Of a DNA stretch of 64,000 nt, positions 25,201 through 37,200 are shown in pieces. Position 1 is the first letter of the stretch; every line of letters begins with the position of its first letter. This stretch comes from Malacoraja senta (taxonomy: Eukaryota): positions 1 to 64,000 of the forward strand of contig JAXLNO010002682.1 of assembly GCA_038087875.1 (NCBI GenBank). The letters are read 5' to 3'. The position numbers and the translations under genes were made by a program. Below the pieces are notes generated by a model. It had not been told where the DNA came from. It was given only the letters and a program-made list of their open reading frames with translations, and did no database searches.

Positions 25201-28200
25201 AATCGTAACAACGAGTCACCGCTGTACCGGCCGAGGTGCAGCGGGCAGGTGGGAACAACCGAGATCGGCCCGACTTCCTGTTTCATTAACATACCACTCG
25301 CCAATGGAAAAGTAATAACCCGGTGAAATTGACTTAAGATCTTGCTGCTTAAAAAATGCAAGGATATAAAAAGTTGTACTGTACCTCTAAAAATTATAGC
25401 AGATTAAATCTATTATTATTTTAAATTTCAAGATCTGGATGATTATTTTTGTAAGCGTTGATCTACCACGGTGCTTGGGGTTAAGAGGCTGGAATCTCTC
25501 TATCTCTCGTTCTTTCTCGCTCCCTCTCTCCCTCTAGGGCCTGTCCCACTTTCACGACCTCTGCCCTTGACTCATACTCGCAGCATGGTCGTAGCAGGCC
25601 GTGATGCTAGTCGTAGGTACTCGTGGCATCAAGTAGGTCGGGGCGTTTTTCTAGCCTGGTGAAAAATGTCCACGAGTAAAAAAGGTCGTGAATTAAGGTT
25701 GTGAAAGTGGGACAGGCCCTTAACTCCCCCTCTCCCCCCCCCCTCTTCCCCCTCTTCTCCGCTCTCCCTCTCACCCTGGCATTCCCGGAATCATTTGGCA
25801 TTTTGCAAAGACAACTACATCTGCAGTTCCTTCCTATAGAAGAAGAACCTGGCCCGAAACAACTCCTAATCCATTCCCTCCACAGATACCGCCTAGCCCG
25901 CTGAGTTCCTTCAGCACTCCGTGTTTTTTATTTAACTCTGAAATTGAAGATAGACACAAATAGCTGGAGTAGCTCAGCGGGACAGGCAGCGACTCTGGAA
26001 AGAAGGAATGGGTGACGTTTTGGGTCGAGACCCTTCTTCAGACAATCACAAGTACTCTCACCGATGAGAGTTCAGTTCAGTCTGAAGAAGGGTCTCGACC
26101 AGAAACGTCACCCATTCCTTCTCTCCAGAGTCGCTGCCTGTCCAGCTCCAGGTTTAAACAGAGCGCTATCAGTTTAACGCGTGGGAATTTAAACAAAGAG
26201 CTGTCGGCTGCAGCTCTGTGGGTTCTAAATGTAGCGCTACCGGCTGGAACGCTATGGGCTTTAAACATAGCGCTATGGCCACAGCTCTGTGGGTCACAGA
26301 CTGTTCGGGAAAATTCTCGTATAACAATGAGTCTTTGGAATTCTCTTTCTCAGTGGAAGTTGAGCCTTTGATTATTTTTCAGGCAGTGGTAGAATTCTGG
26401 ATACGCCTAGTAGTGAAAGGTTACCAGTGGGATTGCAGTTACATTGGGATTGGCCTTGATTTTACAGAACAGTGGGTGGGCTCAAGGGGAGAGATGGAGG
26501 GGTGGAGAGGGGAGGAAGAGAGGGAGAAGTGGGGAGGGAGGGTGGGAATAAGAGAGGGAGGGAGAAAAAAAGGAGGAGAGATGGAGGAAGAGGGAGGGAG
26601 GGAAAGGGGGAGGGCTGGAGAGAGAAAGAGCGAGGGTGAGGCAGAGAGGGTGTGAATAAGAGAGGGAGGGAGAAAAAAAGGGAGAGGGAGGGTGGGAGGG
26701 AGAGAGAGCAGAGACTGAGACACATACTATAACCATATAACCATTACAGCACGGAAACAGGCCATCTCGGCCCTTCAAGTCCGTGCCGAACATTTTTTTT
26801 ATTAAAAAAAAAAAAAAAAATACTTCCCCCTAGTCCCATCTACCTGCACTCAGACCATAACCCTCCATTCCTTTCCCGTCCATATACCCATCCAATCTAT
26901 TTTTAAAGGATAAAATCGAACCAGCCTCCACCACTTCCACTGGAAGCTCATTCCACACAGCTATCACTCTCTGAGTAAAGAAGTTCCCCCTAATGTTACC
27001 CCTAAACTTCTGTCCCTTAATTCTCAAGTCATGTCCCCTTGTTTGAATCTTCCCTACTCTCAATGGAAAAAGCTTATCCACGTCAACTCTGTCTAACCCG
27101 CTCATAATTTTAAAGACCTCTATCAAGTCCCCTCTTAACCTTCTGCGCTCCAAAGAATAGAGACCTAACTTGTTCAACCTTTCTCTGTAACTTGGTTGCT
27201 GAAACCCAGGCAACATTCCAGTAAATCTCCTCTGTACTCTCTCTATTTTGTTGACATCCTTCCTATAATTAGGCGACCAAAATTGTACTCCATACTCCAG
27301 AATTGGCCTCACCATTGCCTTGTACAATTTTAACATTACATCCCAACTTCTATATTCAATGCTCTGATTTATAAAGGCCAGCACCCCAAAAGCTTTCTTT
27401 ACCACCCTATCTACATGAGATTCCACCTTCAGGGAACTATGCACAGTTATTCCTAGATCCCTCTGTTCAACTGCATTCCTCAATTCTCTACCGTTTACCA
27501 TGTACGTCCTAATTTGATTTGTCCTGTCGAGATGTAGTACCTCACATTTATCAGCATTAAACTCCATCTGCCATCTTTCAGCCCACTCTTCCAAATGGCC
27601 TAAATCTCTCTGTAGACTTTGAAAATCTACTTCATTATCCACCACACCACCTATCTTAGTATCATCTGCATACTTACTAATCCAATTTTCCACACCATCA
27701 TCCAGATCATTGATGTACATGACAAACAACAGTGGACCCAACACAGACCCCTGAGGCACCCCACTAGTCACCGGCCTCCAACCTGACAAACAGCCATCCA
27801 CCATTACTCTCTGGCATCTCCCATTCAGCCACTGTTGAATCCATCTTGCTACTCCACCATTAATACCCAACAATTTAATCTTCTTAACCAACCTTCCATG
27901 AGGAACCTTGTCAAAGGCCTTACTGAAGTCCATATAGACAACATCCACTGCTTTACCCTCATCAATTTCCCTAGTAACCTCTTCGAAAAATTCTAGAAGA
28001 TTAGTCAAACATGACCTTCCAGGCACAAATCCATGTTGACTGTTCCTAATCAGACCCTGCTTATCCAGATGCTTATATATATTATCTTTAAGTATCCTTT
28101 CCATTAATTTGCCCACCACTGACGTCAAACTAACAGGTCTATAATTGCTAGGTTTACTCTTAGAACCCTTTTTAAACAATGGAACAACATGCGCAGTACG

Positions 28201-31200
28201 CCAATCCTCTGGCACTATTCCTGTTTCTAATGACATTTGAAATATTTCTGTCATAGCCCCTGCTATTTCTACACTAACTTCCCTCAATGTCCTCGGGAAT
28301 ATCCTGTCAGGACCTGGAGACTTATCCGTTTTCATATTTTTCAAAAGTGTCCGCACCTCCTCTTCTTTGAATCTCATAGTTTCCATTGCTACTCTGCTTG
28401 TTTCCCTTACCTCACCTAATTCCATATCCTTCTCCTTGGTGAATACCGAAGAAAAGAAATTGTTCAATATCTCCCCCATCTCTTTTGGCTCTGCAGATAG
28501 CTGACTCTCTAATGGACCAATTTTATTCCTTGTTATCCTTTTGCTATTAATATAGCTGTAGAAACCCTTTGGATTTACTTTCACCTTACTTGCCAAAGCA
28601 ACCACATATCTTCTTTTAGCTTTTCTAATTTCTTTCTTAATATTCTTTTTACATTCTTTATACTCCTCAAGCACCTCATTTACTCCATGCTGCCTATAAT
28701 TATTATAGATCTCTCTCTTTTTCCGAACCGTGTCCAATTTCCCTTGAAAACCATGGCTCTTTCCAATTTTTACTATTTCCTTTCAACCGAACAGGGACAT
28801 AAAGATTCTGTACTCTTAAAATTTCACCTTTAAATGTCCTCCATTTCTCTTCTACATCCTTCCCATAAAACAACATGTCCCAATTCACTCCTTTTAAATC
28901 CTTTCGCATCTCCTCAAAGTTAGCCTTTCTCCAATCAAAAATCTCAACCCTAGGTCCAGTTCCGACCCTCTCCATAATTATATTGAAACTAATGGTATTG
29001 TGATCACTGGACCCGAAGAGCTCCCCGACGCTTACCTCCGCCACCTGCCCTGTCTCATTTCCTAACAGGAGGTCCAGCACTGCCCCTTCTCTAGTAGGTA
29101 CCTCTATGTATTGCTGCAAAAAACTATCCTGCACACATTTTACAAACTCCAAACCATCCAGCCCTTTTACAGAATGTGTTTCCCAGTCTATATGTGGAAA
29201 ATTGAAATCTCCCACAATCACTACCTTGTGCTTACTACTAATATCTGCTATCTCCTTACATATTTGCTCTTCCAATTCTCGCTCCCCATTTGGCGGTCTA
29301 TAATACACCCCTATAAGTGTTGCTACACCTTTCCCATTTCTCAGCTCCACCCAAATAGCCTCCCTAGACGAGCCCTCTAATCTATCCTGCCAAAGCACTG
29401 CTGTAATATCTTCCTTGACAAGCAATGCAACACCCCCACCTCTTGCCCCTCCAATTCTATCACCCCTGAAGCAACGAAATCCTGGAATATTTAGTTTCCA
29501 ATCACAGCCCTCCTGCAACCATGTTTCACTGATCGCCACAACATCATACTTCCAGGTGTCAATCCAGACTCTAAGCTCATCCACCTTTCTTACAATGCTC
29601 CTAGCATTAAAATATACACATTTAAGAAACCCACCACCACTTATTCTCTGTTAAAGAAGGAACTGCAGATGCTGGAAAATCGAAGGTACACAAAAATGCT
29701 GGAGAAACTCAGCGGGTGCAGCAGCATCTATGGAGCGAAGGAAATAGGTAATGTTTCGGGGAAGGGTTTCGGCCCGAAACGTTACCTATTTCCTTCGCTC
29801 CATAGATGCTGCTGCACCCGCTGAGTTTCTCCAGCATTTTTGTGTACCTACCACTTATTCTCTGTTTATTAACTTTTTCTTCTTTTTCCCCTACATTTTG
29901 GGTCCGAGTGCTTCCCTTCTCTGCCTCCTGCCTCCCACAGTTTCTACTATCTTTCTCTATTTGAGTCCCTCCCCCCCAACCGTTCTAGTTTAAAGTCTCC
30001 CCAGTAGCCTTTGCAAATCTCCCCGCCAGGATATTGGTTCCCCTCGGGTTCAAGTGCAACCCGTCCTTTGAGAGCAGGTTGAAAAACCGAAGATGACTAA
30101 AGCTGTTGGAGGCAACGAAAGCTGCCTTGCATAACACTGTACAAGTGAGTAACAGAAGCAGGCAGATACGCTGTAGTTACATAGATCTGTTTTGCCTTGT
30201 TCTTCTTTGTGTTGTTAACGTGTGCCCGCAAAAAAAATAACAACAAATAGCACGCAGGAAGCATTTTGAAAATTTCAGGAAACGCCTTCAAATTTCAGGA
30301 AATTTGGGATTCTATTTCAGGAGGTTTTTTTTAGATGTGGAAACACTGGGATTAGTAGACCTTGAAAAGGCATTGACACTTTGTTTTAATGTAGAGGGGT
30401 AATAGAGATAAGGTATGTGATTTGAGAGTAATATATCGTCTTTGGGGGGAAAAAAAGTATGACTTACTCGACACTGCTGCTAAAATGGCACTGTTAAATG
30501 CACAAAGTTCAAAAAAACAAATGAACTGCAAATAAATTGAAAAAATACAGATTATCTGGTGTTTTGTGAGTGGGAGCTTGTTGTGTGCGTCCAGACAGTA
30601 TTACTCTGTTTAAACAATAAATAAAATGTGTTTCTAGTTGTCGGGGAGAGGGGGGGTGAGTGGCGGAGATAAAATTGTTCGTTGCACACTTGTCACCGGC
30701 CCGCCAGGAAATTTGCACCCCCCCCATGTTTTAAAAGGGATTTCCACCCATGAATTAATATTTTTTAAATGGGCGAAGCAAAAAGTAGCATGTTCTTTGG
30801 AAAGGCTTATCCTAAAATAATTGATCAGAAGGGTGTGATTTTCAGTCAGGACGTCTGTATCATTCAGTCAGCGAGCTGTCGGTGTAGATGTGGACGCCAT
30901 GACGGTAATCGCGAGCACATTAAGATGGCGCGCAAAATTACCCATGACGTACTACAGCTTTGATCTTTAGTCGGGGCTTCACGGGCGCTCGCGCGCGTTA
31001 CGTACGACGTGGCGTGGTGGATACGAATCTGTTGCGAGTTGAAGGACGAGGCGCGACAAGATTAGAAAGAATAAGGATTATAAATGCAAAATGGCTTCTA
31101 TATCATCATCTGGTGCTAAAAGCAGGAAGCAGCCATTCAAACAGCAGTATACAAAGAGATGGCAATGAATGCACTGTCAAGTAAGGTGCGTAGAAGACAT

Positions 31201-34200
31201 GTCAATTGGTAGCAAAGTTATGTATTCTTGTACTCTTACATGGGTATGACCGCACATTAAAAAAAACATTTTTTTCAGCAAAATGGCACCGTGTTAAAAT
31301 ACTGATTTCCTCAGCAAAATACTGATTTTCAGGTACTAGAACACTGAAATGCTCTGACAAAATTTGGCAGCTCTGGGTGAGGTATCCATCTATGACAGCG
31401 TGAGCCGGAAAACACGTTTACTAAAGAAAGTGGACATCTCTGATGTCCTAGAATGGAAAATAGACACAAAAAAACTGGAGTAACTCAGCAGGTCAGACAG
31501 CATCTCTGGAGAAAAGGAATAGGCGACGTTTCCGGTCGAGACCCTTCTTCAGAAAGCCTCATCTGGATGCAAATATGGGGATGGAGAAATTGAGAGTTAG
31601 GATAGCATCTTTGCAAGAGGCAAGGTGGGAGGAGATGCAGTCCAGGTAACTGGCAGTCGGAGAATTTGTATTCTCAGTCAGTCAATTATTGGTTTGGCTA
31701 ATTGTCATGTGCATCAAGATACAGTGAAAAACGTTGTTTCGCTTGCTATCCAGGTAAATCATTATACATAATTATAAGCCAACCATATATGAGTACAAGA
31801 GGCAGTGCAGAAAGAGAAAGAAACAGTGCAGAATATAATGTTGCAGCTACAAAGAAAAAGCATTAAAAAAAATGACTGCAATGAAGTAAGCAGGTGGATG
31901 GGGAATACAATCTTAACATATTGGCGGTCTGCCCAAGAGCAAGTCAGCTGGGAAGAAGCTGTTCTTGAATCTGGTGGTGTATGCTTTCAAGCTTTTGTAT
32001 CTTCCTCCTGACGGAGGTGGGGAAATGAGGGACTCTTTGCAATTCTCTGCAATTCTTTGCAGTTACACTCTGCAATTTCTTGCAGTCTTGGGCAGAGCAG
32101 TTGCCAAACCAAGGTGTGGTGCATTTTGATAGGATGCTTTCTGGGGCCATCTGTAGAAATTAGTAAGAATCATTGGAGACTTGACACATTTCGTTAGCCT
32201 GCTGTGGAAGTACAAGCATCTGTGTGCTTTCTTGGCTGTAGCATCAATGTGGTTGGACCAGGACAAATTGAACTTGAACTGTTGACCCTCTCCACCTCAG
32301 CACCTTTGGAGACTGGGGCGTTTACATTCCTGAACTTGATGGTAGTTTTGCTGATATTGAAGGAGAGGTTGTTGGCTTTGACACCATGCCATTTAACTCT
32401 TTTATCTCATTTCTTAACTATCTCGTTGTTTGGGGTAGGGCCTGCTATGGCGGTGTTGTCAGCAAACTTGTAAATGGAGTCAGAGCAGATTTTGGCCACA
32501 CAGTCGTGAGTCTATAGGCAATATTGTAAGGAGCTGAGAATGCATCCTTGCAGGCACCAGTATTGAGAATTATCTTGGAGGATGTTTTGTCATCTATTCG
32601 TACTGATTGTAGTCTATGGGTCAGGAAGTCAGGGATCCATTTGCAGAGGAGGGTGCTGAATCCCCTCCAACATGCTTTTGTCAATTCTGTTTACAGTCCT
32701 TTCATCTCCTTGTTTGTATCCTCTTGCCTGCCAAAAACAAATACCTGTCCTGTTTTTCACATTTTTAATTGACTGTTTCTGCAACATTTTTGTTTGAAGA
32801 TTAAATTCCACATCTCCATCAATCGACTAGAGGAAAGATTGCATCCTAATTTTAGTCATAAATTACACAACTCTAATTTTAAGATTATGCTATCTTGCTC
32901 GGGAAGCAGAGGTAATAAGGTTCACTACTTAAAAAACAGACAACTCACAAAAACGTTAGGTAAACCAACTCAAGCTTTACTGATCATCAGCCAGCGGAAG
33001 TGACGGGAATACACCAGTCAAGTAGGCAACAGACACTTGACTTCCCCACGCCACCACTTCAATGAACAAAGATTTGCACGCTGTTTTATACTGTGTGTCA
33101 CTTAGTCACATTCCAAAGATGCTAGTCATGGTCAAAAGATGCAGCCAATATACATCACTACAGCACCTTCAAGACCAGACAGTTCAAAGGCATCTGTGTT
33201 AAAGAAGGAACTGCAGATGCTGGAAAATCGAAGGTACACAAAAATGCTGGAGAAACTCAGCGGGTGCAGCAGCATCTATGGAGCGAAGGAAATAGGCAAC
33301 GTTTTGGGCCGAAACCCTTCTTCAGACTGATAGGGGGTGGGGAGAAGGCACCCCCTATCAGTCTGAAGAAGGGTTTCGGCCCGAAACGTTGCCTATTTCC
33401 TTCGCTCCATAGATGCTGCTGCACCCGCTGAGTTTCTCCAGCATTTTTGTGTAAGTTCAAAGGCATCTTAGCAGTTGGTACTTCCAGGACAAGACATTTC
33501 AAAGGCATTTAGTCATTGTCTCAATATACATCAACCGGAGACGAGCCTGGGCTTATCTCTCTCTCTCTCTCTTATCAATTGGTACTTTTCCACGAGAAGG
33601 CCTGCTGGAGAAGGAATACAAGCAACAACATAGTCAAGTATTCCACCATGTATCTTTTATATATTTAAAAGCATTTAACCTTTTCAGAGGAAGTACTCTC
33701 TGTTTTTTTCCAATACAGTCTTGTGTGGATACTGCTCTACTGCGATGAACCTTATGGTTAAATGTTCATTTGATTAACACCATAGAGACTCTGCCATGAG
33801 TAGTAGTTATAATGGAGAAAAAAATGGATTTCAAGGAAATATAATGTATTCACATTGAGGAAATAATGACAAGAAAAGGGAAAGCATTTTGAAATTGTTA
33901 TCAAAATGTAACATGCAAACGGCAATGTTACATTCAGAACGTTTCCAATTTACGATATCAGGAGAACTAACATTTCTCCTGATCTCATAAATTGGAAAAG
34001 TTCTGAGTTAAAAAATAATTTCTGGTCTGTGCTAGAGACTTAATATCCCATGACTGTCAACAATTGCAACATCCGTGAGGATTACCAGAAATAAACATTA
34101 TGGTTGTAGTGAAAATTAATTTTCACTTTGAGTTATCATATTCCTTTATTACCTACAGGTTATATTTGTGAAGAGATTTTCTCCAAAGGAGGCAAGCAAT

Positions 34201-37200
34201 TTATTGCTATGGCGTCAAGTTAGTATTAAAGCTCTGGCCCCTGAGCTTCAAAGACCCATTACTTCTGATATTATCAGGACAGCAATTGACCAGTGCAGGA
34301 GATGGCAAAGCGGCAAAAGTTCCTTGGGAGAACTGGAACATGTGGTAAGATGTACTATCTAATTTCTTCAGAGCCTATAAAGAGAAAATAAATTTCAATG
34401 TTCAGCATAAAGGATAATCTACGGATTTCTGCACAGCCAGAGATGCTGCCTGACCCGCTGATTTACATTTTGTGTCTATCTTCGTTTTAAACCAGCATCT
34501 GCAGTTCTTTCCTACCCATCCTGTGATGATTTTGTTTTAAGAAAAGAAAGATAGGAGAACACATTGGAGTGCTCTCCTAGAAGCCTCCTCATTCCATCAT
34601 ATGCACTCATGACCGCATTAATTTTATGGCACGCCAATTCCTTTAGCCTCCCAAGTTAGATTGTATTTACTGTTCAGTGATCCTGATTTTACCTTAAAGT
34701 CCAGGGCTTGAACAAATACCTAGCAGCTAGCTTCACGTTATAGGTTAATACATCACTCACTCTTCATGTAAAGCTTTGCTTGAACTCTGCCAATTAAAAA
34801 AAATACTCCGTTTACAAGATTTAATATCTAGGATTAGAGAAGTAACTCGAAAACCATTTGCTGAAAAAGAATTCAAGTTTTCAGCAAAAACAATGCTACT
34901 ATGAAGAGTGCCATTGTGGCTAATTTGGTGATCTTAAATAAGGACTTGCCTGAATCATAACGTGAAGTGCAGACCTGATCTCAAAACATCTTTATCCACT
35001 GTTCGCCCACACCTCAAGATCCATAGAGAGCTGAAACCTATCAGCATTCCTATTATTCAAAAAGTATGTACTCTTCCCCACAAAAGAGTACTGATACAAT
35101 GCTGGACTCATCTGGACTTGTTTCATCTTGCAACACACTTTCACATATGAAATGGTGTCATCCTGTCTTTAGGACTGAAAGCTAGTTGTTAGACCAATCA
35201 CCAGTGGAAACGCAAAAACCCACACCACAATGTACATTAACAACAGAACCTGCCACCATATAACAACACACCTCGTAGATAAATTATTATACTTGTACGA
35301 AAAATAATGTGTAGTGATTATAAGCATATATCCATGGACTTTACCTATTTTTCATGACGATTACCATTTTTACCTTGAGTCATCGTGGTCGCTCCTCTAC
35401 TTACCATTGTAAAATATTAAATTGTAATTGGTTGACCAACTATTGATGACATGCTGATGGGATTCCTGCATTATCAGTCATGTTTCCAATATCTTAGGAA
35501 GAAAGTACCATTTTCACATAACACGTTTTAATGATTTAAAAAAAAAACGTTTTGAATTTAAGGGCAAATATTTGACCGTGCGATCATACTAGTAGATCAA
35601 AAGTACAAATGCAAACAAATTGAACTTTCCACTTATCAGCTAAGTGACTGGGCAACTTCTAAACTATAGATATAGCATTGTCGTTGGCTCAGCAGAGTTT
35701 CAAACCCAAGACAACTGACTTCTCATGGAGTCCACCAACTTCAACAAATGTCCTAGTTTTCTGGCTGAGAAATCTACCTTCTCAACCTGGTGCAACCACA
35801 GTTGCCCATTAAAATGAATGAGGGAAAGTAACAGCTGTGAGAAAGGCAGGAAAAGCCTTTAATTTAATTATTTTAAGTCTTTGAAATTTTTTTAATTTTA
35901 CAATTAAAAACCAAACCAAATTTGTCTCACTCAATTGTTTAGGTGTACTGGTGCAACCAAGCTGTCAAAGCCTTACTTTGAGTGCAGCTGGCTGCTTGAG
36001 TTGAGGTGGCCTCTACACTTTAATTTGTACATTAGTGTGTTTGGAGCCAGGTTCCTGGACCACATTGAAAAGGACGGTGTGGTACAGAGGAAGGGGGCCG
36101 CAATCTGATGACAAGGGTCTTTTGCTAATCCTCTGTTAAAAGTCACCAAACACAAGGTCTACTGCCAAAGGACGTTCTTTTAAAATTATTATTTGTGGCA
36201 AATGTGACTATCCCAGATTGTCCAATCAAACGAATAATCATATTTCTTGCGATGCTTTTTGTCTGTTTCTTTGATCATATCACTGGCATGCAATTTTTCA
36301 TCTTTAAAATCACTAATTAAAAGTATTATAAAAATGTTTTTAAGGGTCACCAGAGGAGTTAACATTGCCACCTTGGAACTCCAGCCACCTATGCTTGGTC
36401 TCATCTGTGTGAAGTTTGCATGCTCTTCTGCGTCCCAATGGGTTTTCACCAGGCCCTCCGGTTTCTTCCCACATGCCGAAGCCATGCTGTTAGATGGCTA
36501 ATTCACAACTGCAAATCTCTATTGTAGAGGATGGCAATGGGAATGCAGCAGGAGGAGCTGATGGAAATATGGGATTAATGTAAATGGGTGTTTGATGCTC
36601 AGCATGGATACAGTGGGCTGAGCAGCCTGTTTCTGTGCTTCTATGATTATAACTCTTTAATTAAGAGATTGAGCATTTTTATTTTTGTCAGAATGTTGCA
36701 CTTGCTGCTTTGTTGGCTGTGTGTCACGCCCAAGGGGAAGGCTTGACCTCAGAGTTGCAGCTGGCAATCACAGAAACACTCTGCCAGATATGGACATTCC
36801 TCACTGTGGAACAGGTGAGCAGATGAAACATGTTTCTGAGGTTATCCAATTTTATCCAATAAGCATTGTTAATACATATGCAGCACTGTATTACTTGCAC
36901 GAATTATGTGATCAGGATGGCATAGAAACAACAAGCACAAGCACAACTTATTCATTCATAAACTTATTCATTAATTCATTCATTCATTCATTCAAGTGTT
37001 GTAATCAATTAAAAATTTTAACCCTCTGGTCCAAAATGCAGCCTATCCATGATTCAATTAGACGGTCTTAATGCTATAATCATGCAGGCTGCGTATGTAC
37101 TTGTACCATTAAATCATTTAAAATGTCACAAGTAATATCGATAGATCAGTATTTTTTACAACTAGGAGGCAAAACAAACAGATATCTCTCCTGTATTTCA

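Larger units (their letters stand above)
26727..30070 (-). mobile_element. CR1-clade (HER1-like) LINE, 5'-truncated in ORF1, ORF2 nearly intact
   Basis: APE endonuclease (ISETW, GDFN, SDH) 28703-29584 and RT (QGSVLGP, YADD) 26830-28737, separated by one frameshift near 28730; ORF1 esterase tail KDGLHLNPRG...LN* at about 29985-30068; (ATGGTTAT)n 3' tail. Confidence 0.95.
25088..31375. mobile_element. Non-autonomous DNA transposon (hAT-like termini) carrying nested CR1, MITE and Penelope pieces
   Basis: Perfect 12-bp TIR CAGAGCTGCCAA (25088) / TTGGCAGCTCTG (31364-31375); GGTGAG duplicated on both flanks; subterminal AATAC(T/G)GAT repeats. Confidence 0.7.
23665..31670 (-). mobile_element. Fragmented Penelope-like element (pieces about 23665-23844, 24646-25087, 31376-31670) hosting nested insertions
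   Basis: Reverse strand shows degraded GIY-YIG and RT C-terminal sequence that reads through when the inserts are removed. Confidence 0.65.

Noticed and set aside
26218-26793. Glu/Gly/Arg- or Pro/Ser-rich ORFs
   Set aside because: Artefacts of the polypurine tract.
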